From an uncultured bacterium (lineage in GTDB: Bacteria; Patescibacteriota; Microgenomatia; Levybacterales; UBA12049): DNA of 64,000 nt. Position numbers and translations under genes: made by a program. Positions within the stretch are counted from its first letter, which is position 1. Every line of letters starts with the position of its first letter. Location: the NCBI GenBank assembly GCA_963826535.1, contig CAWGXL010000002.1, positions 96,654-160,653 on the forward strand, read 5' to 3'. The notes beneath the pieces are model-generated. The model worked only from the letters and a program-made list of their open reading frames with translations, ran no database searches and had not been told where the DNA came from. This document shows positions 19,280-29,517 of this stretch, piece by piece.

Positions 19280-19645
19280 CTATCTTTGTAGATTTTCCTT
19301 TATTCGAAATATAACAATTTTTCTCACTAAATCATATGGAATCGGCTTTCCTATCGGGAATCTTACCGAGCCCTTTGCTCCCTTATAAGGAGATAATTCT
19401 TTTTTAAATGCTTCATTGCCTGAGGGTGTGGCATAAAATCCGATATGATTTTTCCATGCTGCAAAATATACCAAATTCCTGCCATTTAGTTTGAATGCGG
19501 GCATTTGATAGCTAATTGTCTCTACAGCTTCAGGCGCCGCGTTTCGTATAGTCTCCCTTATTTTTTCAAGAATGCTTTGTATGTCTTCCGGGAAGGTTTT
19601 AATGTATTCATCTATCGTGTTTATGCCTTTTTTATTTGCATTCAT
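19280..19645 (-). CDS. DUF1801 (YdhG-like) domain protein
   Basis: IDEYIKTFPEDIQSILEKIRETIRNAAPEAVETISYQMPAFKLNGRNLVYFAAWKNHIGFY. Typical DUF1801 layout. Confidence 0.6.
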   Translation of the reverse strand: MNANKKGINTIDEYIKTFPEDIQSILEKIRETIRNAAPEAVETISYQMPAFKLNGRNLVYFAAWKNHIGFYATPSGNEAFKKELSPYKGAKGSVRFPIGKPIPYDLVRKIVIFRIKENLQR

Positions 19646-19656
19646 AAATTCTCGTT

Positions 19657-20514
19657 TTATCCAATATCCTGAAGAAAATCCCGAACTGTTTTTATATATT
19701 TTTCTCTTTCGGTCCAGTGTGCCATATGAGCACTCTTTTCAAAAACTTCCATCTTGGCATTGGGAATTAGACTTTGAAAGTATTTCGTTGATTCGGGTGA
19801 TGCTTCATCAAAACGCCCGCACATTAGAAGAACCGGAACATTTATTTTGTGCAGCTTATTGCTCAAATCAAAATTTTTAAGAGTCCCAATTGGGTTGAAT
19901 TCTTTAGGCCCCCACATATATGTATAAAGTTCAACATTCTTTTTATGTCTAGCTTTTAAGTTTCCTGTAGGGAGCTTATCAATTCTAGAAATATGCCGAT
20001 AAAAAAACTCATCCGAAGCTTTTTTGTATTCTTCTGACTTATCGTCACCTCTTTTAAGAGCTATCTGCATGGCTTTTGGAAATTGATTTAGAAGTTTTTC
20101 TACATCCTTCTCCCATTGAGGCGTACTGAGATATGGACTGGAAAGAGTAAGGCTTTTTATGCCTTTAGGGTTAGTAAGAGCAAATGTAACTCCAAGCGCA
20201 GCACCCCATGATTGTCCAAGTATGTGATATTGCTTTAGACCAAGTTTTTTAACAACTGTTTGAAGTTCACTGACGAAATAGTCAACTGTCCATTGGGATT
20301 TGTCTGTTGTCCTTTCTGAATTTCCGCACCCAAGCTGGTCATAAAAGATTATATTGCGTTCATCTGCAAGATCTTCTAATGACTCTATTGAATCATGAGG
20401 AAAGCCGGGTCCGCCGTGGAGAGTTAGAAGGGGAATTGAATTAGAATCACCAATTATTTCATACCAGACTTTACCCTTATCTGTAATAATGAAGCCTTCA
20501 TTCCTTCTTTTCAT
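19657..20514 (-). CDS. pip: Proline iminopeptidase-like alpha/beta hydrolase (S33 family)
   Basis: LTLHGGPGFPHD (GGPG motif). Nucleophile elbow GQSWGAAL. C-terminal His region. Confidence 0.7.
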   Translation of the reverse strand: MKRRNEGFIITDKGKVWYEIIGDSNSIPLLTLHGGPGFPHDSIESLEDLADERNIIFYDQLGCGNSERTTDKSQWTVDYFVSELQTVVKKLGLKQYHILGQSWGAALGVTFALTNPKGIKSLTLSSPYLSTPQWEKDVEKLLNQFPKAMQIALKRGDDKSEEYKKASDEFFYRHISRIDKLPTGNLKARHKKNVELYTYMWGPKEFNPIGTLKNFDLSNKLHKINVPVLLMCGRFDEASPESTKYFQSLIPNAKMEVFEKSAHMAHWTEREKYIKTVRDFLQDIG

Positions 20515-20566
20515 GAGGTAATTATATCAGAAGACCTGTTGTTTTAATTGATTTTCTAAAAACAGT

Positions 20567-21397
20567 TTACTGACCATCTTTTTGTCGAGCAGCATTAAAT
20601 CTATCAATTTGACTATTAATGCTCCTTGCTTGTGAATTAGAACCATCATAAAGAGACCGCATAATATCAGATCCTAGTTTTTGAATTGCAATGTCTCTTT
20701 CGCTAGCCTGATTATCAAATGCTTTCACTGCATCACTATTACCACCAATTGCTTGCTGGGCTAATGATTTTATATTTACATCCTCAACAAAGCTAAGTAG
20801 CTCTGTGGCAACATCACTTCGTGGTGAATTACCCGTTCCGGCTCTTATAGCAGCTTTTGCTTCTTCCATATCTAAATTTTCTTCTGCCATCGCCCTAATA
20901 TTCGGGTTTGCAATTAAATTTACAGCCTCTTCGCGAGCAGTTGCTTCTTTATTATTGTGGTTATGTGCATCTATGAATGTGTAAAAATTATTACTAGCAT
21001 ATCTGGTTGTTTCTGCCAAACGACTATCTATGTAATCATTGGTTCGTCGACTAATAAGTGGGCTACCGATCTTGTTTGCGAGATTACGTGCTTTTGCCAC
21101 ATCTTGCTTCTCGGTCTTCGTTACTATTACATCTTGGACGATATAACCTGCATCTAAGCCTTTATCTTTGAGCGCTCCAGTCGAACCATTTAGCACTTGA
21201 TTTGTCGAAAGCTCTTTTGAGGTTGGATCAAAGAGGGTGGTGGGTTCTGTTACTGTACATGAAGCGTTTTTGGCTTCAGCGGATGTTTCTTGTCCATTCT
21301 CGCATCCGGAAAGAAAACCTACACCAATACCCGTTGTTAACGCAACGACGGCAAGCCTTTTTCCTAAATATCTTTTTGCTTCAATTGACCCCGACAT
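20567..21397 (-). CDS. Putative lipoprotein, function unknown
   Basis: Signal peptide with a lipobox (LSGC). The rest is polar. A TTGACA-18-TATAAT promoter ends 7 nt before the ATG. Confidence 0.55.
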   Translation of the reverse strand: MSGSIEAKRYLGKRLAVVALTTGIGVGFLSGCENGQETSAEAKNASCTVTEPTTLFDPTSKELSTNQVLNGSTGALKDKGLDAGYIVQDVIVTKTEKQDVAKARNLANKIGSPLISRRTNDYIDSRLAETTRYASNNFYTFIDAHNHNNKEATAREEAVNLIANPNIRAMAEENLDMEEAKAAIRAGTGNSPRSDVATELLSFVEDVNIKSLAQQAIGGNSDAVKAFDNQASERDIAIQKLGSDIMRSLYDGSNSQARSINSQIDRFNAARQKDGQ

Positions 21398-21654
21398 AGA
21401 TTTGCATTATATTACAACTATAGGTCATTTGTCAAACGTTTTCACTGAAATAATTAGGTTTTGGCAATAATAATAATCATTAATCTTTTCGTTCTCACGC
21501 TTGCTCGCCTTGGGAGGGAATGCGGGTGACACCATGAATTAGGTAGTACGTTGTGGTGAATCCAATAGGCACAAATAAATTCCCTTTAGCAACTTCTGAA
21601 AGATTCCTTTTTTTCTCTATTGCTCCGCCTTATAGACAATTTCAGAAACTTCTA

Positions 21655-22563
21655 TCAAGCTAATTGAGCTGCAATATATTCCTTTAACTGCTTTAAAAGT
21701 AAATCAATATTAGAAGAATCATTTCTTTCAATGGATTCGTAGAGATTTGTTACCGGTAAATCTCCTGCATAGAATTTCCGTCTTTTATCAAAATATTCAT
21801 CAACTTCTAAATAGTTTTTATAAACAGTTTTTAAGAAAATCTCACCATATCTATCAAAAAACTTAAAGTCATTAGCTGGATCTGCTATGCGTAATGAGAA
21901 ATCAATAATCCCGTTCATCTTGTGTGTCACCGGATCAATAATTATATGTTCAGGAAGCATATCAGAATGCGTAACCCTCATTTCAAATGGATGGTCTTTA
22001 GTTAAGATGTAAAAGTCCTTTACTGATTGTTCAATCCATTTTTGTTCCTGGACTGATAAAAGTGAAAAAAAAGATTCTCTGTCCTTTTCTAAAAATTCCT
22101 TAAAGTATTCCCCATAATCTTGAGGACTCACAAGCGATTCAATACCCATTTTTAGTGCATCTTCTTTCGAAAACGAATGGAGGCTTGAAAGAAAATTCCC
22201 CATGTCTATCGCTATATTAACTAACTCCTGTTCTGTCAAAGAAGAAGCCATTTTTCTTGAAAGTCTAATTCCGGGAATGAATTCATAAGTTTGATAATTT
22301 ATCCCGGACTCATTATCGAAATGACCAGTAATTTGTTGAATTGCTACAGGTGAGATCTGAGCAAATTTTATTAGTAAAGCGTTTTCAACACGGTCACTCT
22401 CTCCAAGTGCTTCCGTCCGCGGAAATCGAAATGCATGAAGATTATCTACCAATAAAACATAGTGATCATATCCATCATCAAATAATTTAATTTTATCAGA
22501 AGTGATATCCGGGTAATGTTTTACAAGGATAGGTAAATATTTTTCTATTACATCAATTACCAT
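21655..22563 (-). CDS. Aminoglycoside/choline-kinase-like phosphotransferase (APH family)
   Basis: Catalytic loop HSDMLPEHIIID (H-x-D-x4-N-like). IDFS DFG-equivalent. Confidence 0.65.
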   Translation of the reverse strand: MVIDVIEKYLPILVKHYPDITSDKIKLFDDGYDHYVLLVDNLHAFRFPRTEALGESDRVENALLIKFAQISPVAIQQITGHFDNESGINYQTYEFIPGIRLSRKMASSLTEQELVNIAIDMGNFLSSLHSFSKEDALKMGIESLVSPQDYGEYFKEFLEKDRESFFSLLSVQEQKWIEQSVKDFYILTKDHPFEMRVTHSDMLPEHIIIDPVTHKMNGIIDFSLRIADPANDFKFFDRYGEIFLKTVYKNYLEVDEYFDKRRKFYAGDLPVTNLYESIERNDSSNIDLLLKQLKEYIAAQLA

Positions 22564-22638
22564 ATTTGAATTATATCAAAATGTCTAAAATCCGAAGAAA
22601 ACCATATAAATTTCTCTTCCTGTTCGATGAGGTTAAAA

Positions 22639-23037
22639 TTATTCTTTTTTGGAGCGTGCTACATGTTGGTCAACAAGAACCGGATTTCCATCGGGATCAA
22701 CAATTATGAAACTTGCCGGTCCGGTGCCATCTTTTGCTTCTTGTTCAAATTTAACATCTGATACTTTTAATTTTTTTTGAATATCCCGGATGTCAGTAAA
22801 ATTTTTCAATTCCTTACCGTTCTGATCCCACCCTGGATTGAAAGTTAAAGTATTCTTCTCAATTATTCCTTGAAACAAGCCAATATTTGCGTCTCCGTTT
22901 TTCAAAATAGCCCAGCCCTGTTTTTCATTGCCTTGAATCATAGTAAATCCAAGATTTTCGTAAAAAACCTTAGAAGCGCCTATGTCTTTTACGTTCAAAC
23001 TAATAGAAAAATTTCCTATTTGCATATTTTTATCCAA
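22639..23037 (-). CDS. VOC/glyoxalase-family protein
   Basis: VFYENLGFTMI...GWAILKNGDANIGLFQ. Beta-alpha-beta-beta-beta VOC pattern. Confidence 0.6.
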   Translation of the reverse strand: MDKNMQIGNFSISLNVKDIGASKVFYENLGFTMIQGNEKQGWAILKNGDANIGLFQGIIEKNTLTFNPGWDQNGKELKNFTDIRDIQKKLKVSDVKFEQEAKDGTGPASFIIVDPDGNPVLVDQHVARSKKE

Positions 23038-23144
23038 AGATATTTATGATTGGCTTATATAGAAAGAGTATACAATATACCCCTTCACAAGAAAAGTATA
23101 GAAACTTTATGCCACGAGATAGATGCTATTCGAATGCGTTTTAC

Positions 23145-23636
23145 CTACTTATCTTTTAATTTTGCAATTCTAACTCGTGTTCTTTGCTGCAATTGCTGCA
23201 ATGCATCCTCAGGCTTACTACCAGCCACAGTGAATAAAGTTATCACTTCTTCATTATTATGCAGCGCTACTCCCAATCCCAAAACAATCGAAGGCTCACC
23301 TTGTATAGCAGAACGAAGTTCTAAAGCTTGAACTATATTTGGATTCGTTGGTAATGACTTTGTTAGTTTATTTAGCCGATCTGTCATTTTTAAGTTTAAA
23401 ATCTTTTGATAGAGTTTATCTGCAGCAGAAGGAACCTCAGAGACAATGGCAAATCCACTTTCTTGTTTAGGATTTATAAATGGAAATATGCCGACAAAAG
23501 TCTTGTAATGGGTGGGGACATCTAACGGACCTTGAAAAGTAAATGAGCTTACTCTTCTTTCAGTTATTCCAACTTGCACAAATTCTGATACCTTGTTCCA
23601 GGGCTCTCTTGGATCGATCTCACTCTCAATTGGCAT
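23145..23636 (-). CDS. Hypothetical protein
   Basis: 163-aa ORF consistent with neighbours in codon usage. No motif recognised. Confidence 0.45.
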   Translation of the reverse strand: MPIESEIDPREPWNKVSEFVQVGITERRVSSFTFQGPLDVPTHYKTFVGIFPFINPKQESGFAIVSEVPSAADKLYQKILNLKMTDRLNKLTKSLPTNPNIVQALELRSAIQGEPSIVLGLGVALHNNEEVITLFTVAGSKPEDALQQLQQRTRVRIAKLKDK

Positions 23637-23866
23637 AGAAGTGAATTATACAAATTTAGCTTTAAATGTCAAATTGACGCCGGATTTCCAGCACCCCCTT
23701 AGTGGCAAATCTCTAACTCTAAACGGGGATGGGGCCTATCCAACATTAACCCTAATGACCACATCCATCCATCATTTAAAGGCACAGATTTTATAAGCCG
23801 GGAAATTGCAAACTTTATTTACGAGAATCAAATTCTACCGAGGTGAAACCAACGCATATATAATAT

Positions 23867-24286
23867 TTATTTGTGTTTCTCTTTCATACGTTTAAACGAT
23901 TTTTCGATTAGCTTTGCAAGTACTGTTTGGTTTACATCAGAAAGCCGGTTGATATGTAAACACCCTCCGCTTGCCTTGTGTTTACCCAATCCTTTCAACT
24001 CTTCTCGATTGTCTTTATTACCTTCCAGGATATAAAGTGTTATGTTTTGTTTCCGTGGAGAAAAAGCTATTAAAGGCCAGTCTCCTTCCTGCTTACTTCT
24101 TTCTGACTTATAGTGGAATAATCCAAAACCAACGATACTTGTTCCCCACATGACAGCTTTTTCTCCGGTAATTTTTTCCATCATCGCAAGAATTTCAAAA
24201 CTGTTACTCCGTTTTTCATCCGGTTCAACGGTATTTAAAAATTCCGTTACGCTTTGACTTGTAGCTTTTGTTTTTAATTCTGACAT
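23867..24286 (-). CDS. DUF1801-like domain protein
   Basis: SVTEFLNTVEPDEKRSNSFEILAMMEKITGEKAVMWGTSIVGFGLFHYKSE... A truncated paralogous fragment lies at 31205-31299. Confidence 0.5.
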   Translation of the reverse strand: MSELKTKATSQSVTEFLNTVEPDEKRSNSFEILAMMEKITGEKAVMWGTSIVGFGLFHYKSERSKQEGDWPLIAFSPRKQNITLYILEGNKDNREELKGLGKHKASGGCLHINRLSDVNQTVLAKLIEKSFKRMKEKHK

Positions 24287-24311
24287 AGCCCAATTTTACC
24301 TGAGATACTTA

Positions 24312-24698
24312 CTATTTTTTCTTCATCCCAAACTTACCGCCATACCAAACAGCGAGTGCGGAAGTTATGACAAGGGATATTGGATACCAGTGTTGTGAAA
24401 GATTCCATCCTGCAATTACTCCAAGAAGCCCCATTACTGTTCCAATGATCAGTAAAATTTTTACATGACGCTTAGGTTTCGCGGGAGCTAATTTAGCTGT
24501 AACATATCCACCAAGAAATGCATATACAGTTCGGTAAATAAGAGCAATAAGTAATAGTGTTGGATCAAATAGCCCTTTAGAAGGCGGTGGGAAAAAGCCT
24601 ACTGCTTCAAGTATTGCATCGGTTGCAATAGATAAAATCACAACCGTCAGAATTCCTGCCAGAACAGCCCAAATACTTTTTAGTACATTTTTATTCAT
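24312..24698 (-). CDS. Small integral membrane protein (4 TM)
   Basis: Hydrophobic helices throughout. Length is 128 aa. Confidence 0.5.
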   Translation of the reverse strand: MNKNVLKSIWAVLAGILTVVILSIATDAILEAVGFFPPPSKGLFDPTLLLIALIYRTVYAFLGGYVTAKLAPAKPKRHVKILLIIGTVMGLLGVIAGWNLSQHWYPISLVITSALAVWYGGKFGMKKK

Positions 24699-24727
24699 AG
24701 CAACCTAATAATATCACCTGCATGATA

Positions 24728-25087
24728 TTAGACTTTTTTTGCGTAATTTGACATCCCGGTAATATCAATTGTTACCATAGGTTCATTTCCTACAACCCAT
24801 GCATTATGCCCCGGTTGAACAACACCGAAATCTCCTGGCCCGAACTCCTCCTCTGTTCCGTCATCCATTCTAACATGCAATCTTCCGGATATATGGTAGC
24901 CGGTATGCAATTGTTGACAGCTTTCCGTTTTCACAATTGGTTTAACGCATTCTGACCATTTCCATCCGGGTTCAAATGTCGCCCTACCAAATGTAACACC
25001 TTCAAGATTTACCAATTCAACCTTCCCTTTTGGAAAAGTCCGTGTCTCATCAGGATTATTTATACTTTTTTTCTGAATTTTTCCCAT
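24728..25087 (-). CDS. Cupin-domain protein
   Basis: G(x)5HxH-like and PG motifs (HTGYHISGRLHV...GPGDFGVVQPGHNAWV). Confidence 0.6.
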   Translation of the reverse strand: MGKIQKKSINNPDETRTFPKGKVELVNLEGVTFGRATFEPGWKWSECVKPIVKTESCQQLHTGYHISGRLHVRMDDGTEEEFGPGDFGVVQPGHNAWVVGNEPMVTIDITGMSNYAKKV

Positions 25088-25332
25088 ATTTTCTCACCCC
25101 CTTCCGAATAAGATTATACAACTTTTATAGATTTTATTAGTATAGTATATGTCTCCGAAGAAATCCATAGAAAACGGCATGAAAATTGTAGGAAAATTTA
25201 TAGCGTTTCAATTTGCGTATTATTATTTTGAAAACATCTTAATAATACCAACATATCTTTTTAACTTGCTCCTCCCTCTAACTTACAACTCCTCCAATTC
25301 AGCTTGACAACATTATTACACTTATTCTTATA

Positions 25333-26604
25333 ATGGATATACAACAGATGAAAAAAACTTCAGCATATCCTCACTATCTTATCTTGTTAGCTGGTTTAAC
25401 TTTTCTTGCATCTCTTTTCTGGTACTTAAAAATGTCATTTAGTGATACATTGATAATGTACAAGTTTGATTTACAAGTATATACTGTTGCTGCCCAAAAC
25501 GTCCTTTCCGGTGATAGCATTTATCAAACAGGTTTATTCTATTATGATCGCCTATTCTATTTTATCTACCCTCCCTTTGCTGCGCTTTTTTTCGTTCCCC
25601 TGGCAAACCTGTCATTGGAAGACAGTAAGTATATTTCAATACTGACAAATATAGCTGCACTTGTGTCTATAGCATGGATTTGTTGGGGGTTGCTTGAACA
25701 TTCGTGGGGAAGGAAGAGGTTAGTACTCACCTTATTTACTTCCGCACTATTATTATGGACAGAACCTGTTCAGGGAACATTATATTATGGCCAAATTAAT
25801 CTTTTACTCATGTTGCTGGTCTTAGCAGGTTTTTCAATGCGGAGAAACTCGATTTGGCAAGGGATATTAATCGGCGTAGCTACAAGTATCAAGTTAACTC
25901 CTGTAATTTTCATTGCCTATCTTTTTTTAACTCAACGCGTACGTGCCGGTATTATTGCTATTGGCACTTGTATCCTCGCCATAATTATTGGTTTTCTGCT
26001 CTTGCCCGATGACTCGCTTCGTTATTGGAGTGAGTTGCGTTATGGAGCAGGCTTGGTGGATGTTGGTATAAAATCATCATCCCTCAATGGTGTCTTGTTA
26101 AGGTTAATCAATCATACTGGAACTGCTAATGTTATTTGGTACATTGCTGCATCGGCGGTTGGAATATTGGGTATGTACCTTGCTGTACATAATAGTAAAA
26201 GGGGGAATGAGCTATTAGGATTACTTCTTTGTGCAATTACCGGATTACTAATATCACCTTTTTCCTGGACTCATCATTGGATATGGATGATTCTATTTAT
26301 TCCTTTGTTGCTCCATATATCTCTTCAAAAAAGAAACAGCCTTGGTTGGGTGAGTATATTGGTGTTGTGTGTTGTACTCCTCTCTTTCCGTCCTGGATAC
26401 CACCCTTTCCTTGGCGCAATTAGTAACGCTCTCGTCAATAAAAACCTACTTCTCTTTCACTTGTTTGATGCTATTACTCAAAACCTCTATAGTTTGGTCG
26501 GCATGATCATTTTAGGTTGCTCGGCTTTTATCGTGCTTTTTCATAATCGTTATAAAACTGACCCCGATCTAACTAACAAAATCATTGAGGACTCCCCGAT
26601 TTGA
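25333..26604 (+). CDS. GT87/DUF2029-family polytopic membrane glycosyltransferase-like protein
   Basis: DLQVYTVAAQNVLSGDSIYQ...YYDRLFYFIYPPFAALFFVPLANL is the DUF2029 N-terminal signature. 423 aa, multi-TM. Confidence 0.65.
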   Translation: MDIQQMKKTSAYPHYLILLAGLTFLASLFWYLKMSFSDTLIMYKFDLQVYTVAAQNVLSGDSIYQTGLFYYDRLFYFIYPPFAALFFVPLANLSLEDSKYISILTNIAALVSIAWICWGLLEHSWGRKRLVLTLFTSALLLWTEPVQGTLYYGQINLLLMLLVLAGFSMRRNSIWQGILIGVATSIKLTPVIFIAYLFLTQRVRAGIIAIGTCILAIIIGFLLLPDDSLRYWSELRYGAGLVDVGIKSSSLNGVLLRLINHTGTANVIWYIAASAVGILGMYLAVHNSKRGNELLGLLLCAITGLLISPFSWTHHWIWMILFIPLLLHISLQKRNSLGWVSILVLCVVLLSFRPGYHPFLGAISNALVNKNLLLFHLFDAITQNLYSLVGMIILGCSAFIVLFHNRYKTDPDLTNKIIEDSPI

Positions 26605-26722
26605 TTATAAATTAGGGATTTACCTATTCAACAGCTGTTTTGTATCTGAAATCTTATGAGTAAACGATATAAATAATAGTTTTGGTATTGTTAAAAAGGG
26701 GACATGCTTAGTTAGAAAATAA

Positions 26723-28801
26723 ATGAGAAATAACCTAGAACAAATAAAAACCTTCGTTAAAGCTTACAGGCGGATAATCATAATTGCTGCTCTCCTAATT
26801 TTTTCTCTAATCAACCCTCTCGTTTTTAATTACTACTATGGTAATCATGAAAAACTCTCTGAAACCTCTTATATCCTCCAGGATACTAAAAAATACGGTC
26901 CTGAATATTACGTTCATGCCCGTTTCCTTTATGAGGGCTATAAAAATCTTAAACTTGGCCGGTTTAATACACTATCTATAATTGATGAGAGTAATCCACT
27001 CTTTTCCTTTCCGCATTTTCAATTTTATAACATAGGACCCTCATTTATCCTCGCTGTTGCTAATTTCTATTTTCAGGATCCTATCAATAGCTATATCTTT
27101 GGAATTTGGTTAGCAACTTTTTTGTACGCTACAGGCGTCTATCTCCTCACTAAGAAACTAACCCGCTCTACCCAAACCAGTCTTCTACTTTCTTTTATTT
27201 TTATTACGAGCCCTTACTATATTACTATTTTTTTAAGTAGAAGTGCCTTTTCCGAATACATTGCTATCTCACTTATTCCAATTATTATATTGCAAATTTA
27301 TCACTTCTTGCAAACTTGCAAGGAACGGAACCCTAAATCTTTTTGGTTAAAATATTTATTCCTTTCAAGCCTACTAGTTATAAGTTCTACCATTTTTCTT
27401 CTTACTCATAATATAACCACCTTATTTTTCATAATAATTCTTGGGACTCCTGCTCTTATTCTCCTGGGTACAAAAGTAAAACCGGATGTTAAATCACTTT
27501 TATTGTTTATACCACCATCAGTTCTCATTCTTAGTAATATTTTATTTTATTGGATTCCCGTAATCACTTATGGTAACAAAACTAATATCAGTTCTACTTA
27601 TTCTCTACTACAAACCGGTCTACAGTGGAGTCCCTGGAATGTAGTTCTAGCCATTTTCCCAACCTCATCTCCCGGAGCAGTTAATACCGAGCTTTATTTA
27701 CAAATTGGCCTACCGACCCTATTACTATTTATCCTCTTTTTTAATTGGAGAAAAGCTTACATTCACCTACTAATTATATTGAGCTTTATTCTGGTTTGTT
27801 TCAATGTTTGGTCATATATTCCTCCTCTTTTCCATACTGTACAGTTTTCTTTAAGATTGTTGGCTTTTATACCACTCCTTCTTTTATTTGCAGCTAAGAG
27901 GCTTGGCAAAATTTCCTTCTATCTCCTTCTTTTTTCAACAATTTTTACTGCAATATTATTTTATCAAAGAGACACATCTTTTTATTTTCCGGCTCAAAAA
28001 TCGTTTAGCACTTTCCCAACTATAAATGATTGGGGTTTTTACCAAAATAGCGATTATAATGTTGCGCTTAAACCTAGTATGGACATTAAGAAGAGCCGGA
28101 TAAATGTTCGTGGAGAAACGGTAAATAATAATCAGGTATTCATTTTGGATAAAGTTAAAAATTCACTAGCGGTTACTTTCGAAATTAGTTTGAAAACTGA
28201 ATCTAACAAATTTGATAGTATAATATTTATCGACAGCCGACGTGATGAAAAAGGTGAGAGTATAAATTCCGAGATTCCTTATTCTGAAGTAAATGGTAAA
28301 TTTATTTATACTACCTGTCTGACAAATACTAAAGATGCCGACTTTTTTATTGTAAACAAAGGACAAGCTAATATTGTTTTTTTACAGATAAATAAGTACA
28401 ATGATTCACAGAACTCGTATATCGACGGTTTGTATCCCTACACTTGCAACTATAAATATAATCCGGTCAATCACAATTTTGATTTCAAGTTCGATAGGAA
28501 AGGCGAACAAGTTATTCTCCCTATTTATTACTCAACAGACAACCGGATTACTTCGTCAAATGATAAAGATATTGCCCCTTTTGGCGGCCTCCTTTACGCG
28601 GGTCACTCCTATACCGTTTTAGATAAAGATAAACTTGAAAGTAACCATGTCACAGTCAGTTTATTAGCTAATAATAGATTTATTCCTTTGGCTAAAACCT
28701 CACTGATGCTAACTTTATCAATACTTATTATTAGTTTAGTATTATTAACCACCAAAAAATTAAGAGCTTCAAAGTTTATAAACAAACTTAATAAAAAATA
28801 A
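26723..28801 (+). CDS. Large polytopic membrane protein (GT-C-like) with a C-terminal extracytoplasmic domain and a terminal TM anchor
   Basis: 692 aa. About 10 N-terminal TM helices, then a ~300-aa soluble region, then a TM helix. Confidence 0.55.
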   Translation: MRNNLEQIKTFVKAYRRIIIIAALLIFSLINPLVFNYYYGNHEKLSETSYILQDTKKYGPEYYVHARFLYEGYKNLKLGRFNTLSIIDESNPLFSFPHFQFYNIGPSFILAVANFYFQDPINSYIFGIWLATFLYATGVYLLTKKLTRSTQTSLLLSFIFITSPYYITIFLSRSAFSEYIAISLIPIIILQIYHFLQTCKERNPKSFWLKYLFLSSLLVISSTIFLLTHNITTLFFIIILGTPALILLGTKVKPDVKSLLLFIPPSVLILSNILFYWIPVITYGNKTNISSTYSLLQTGLQWSPWNVVLAIFPTSSPGAVNTELYLQIGLPTLLLFILFFNWRKAYIHLLIILSFILVCFNVWSYIPPLFHTVQFSLRLLAFIPLLLLFAAKRLGKISFYLLLFSTIFTAILFYQRDTSFYFPAQKSFSTFPTINDWGFYQNSDYNVALKPSMDIKKSRINVRGETVNNNQVFILDKVKNSLAVTFEISLKTESNKFDSIIFIDSRRDEKGESINSEIPYSEVNGKFIYTTCLTNTKDADFFIVNKGQANIVFLQINKYNDSQNSYIDGLYPYTCNYKYNPVNHNFDFKFDRKGEQVILPIYYSTDNRITSSNDKDIAPFGGLLYAGHSYTVLDKDKLESNHVTVSLLANNRFIPLAKTSLMLTLSILIISLVLLTTKKLRASKFINKLNKK

Positions 28802-29003
28802 TTCTTTCAAAATTATGATACTGACACTGAAAACTTTTCTAACCGGTTTAGTTTGCATATAAAGAAGTATTGCGGACTGAAAGATTTATGGTTCTTTTAT
28901 TGCTTTAATTATGGCAGGAATCTAAACTATATCTTGTTCCCCGAGGCTTGGATAAATATAACAAGATTACAAAATGGAATACCTCAAAAAAATGTTCAGG
29001 ATG

Positions 29004-29429
29004 CTAATGTACTTTACTTAGATCTCGGTTAACAAATGTTACTCCAAAAGCAAGCAGTTCTTCTTTATGCGGCGCGCTTTCTTCAATTGGATTCCAGATA
29101 TAAATCGCCTTTTTTAAATAAAAGGCGAGACCGATTTCCATAAGAACATTTGCACCGATATAACCCTTAATGCCATTCTTTTCATTATTGATGACTAAAA
29201 TACTATCTCCTTTTGCGATTTCATTAAAATTAGTTAAGATGAATTCCCTTTTTTGTTCAGGACTATTAACATCTTTAAAATGGGAGACCTCAAAGTCGTT
29301 CTTCTTTTTCATTATCTGTGCGGATACAGGTATATTTACCTTGAATCCTTTTACAATTAGCTCTTTTTCAATCTCAACCAACTCATTATAAAATGCCATA
29401 CTGGCACAAAGAAAAATTGTCTTTTTCAT
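29004..29429 (-). CDS. Nucleoside 2-deoxyribosyltransferase-like protein
   Basis: IFLCASMAFYNE...GYIGANVLMEIGLAFYLKKAIYIW fits the PF05014-like core (G..D.GT.fE.G.A.a..KP). Confidence 0.5.
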   Translation of the reverse strand: MKKTIFLCASMAFYNELVEIEKELIVKGFKVNIPVSAQIMKKKNDFEVSHFKDVNSPEQKREFILTNFNEIAKGDSILVINNEKNGIKGYIGANVLMEIGLAFYLKKAIYIWNPIEESAPHKEELLAFGVTFVNRDLSKVH

Positions 29430-29517
29430 ATTTAGATTATATCAGAGGAATAGTCATGATAATCCTAAGAAATCGATTAAAAACCTCATGAATTATGTAG
29501 AAATATTTGGGAGTTAT

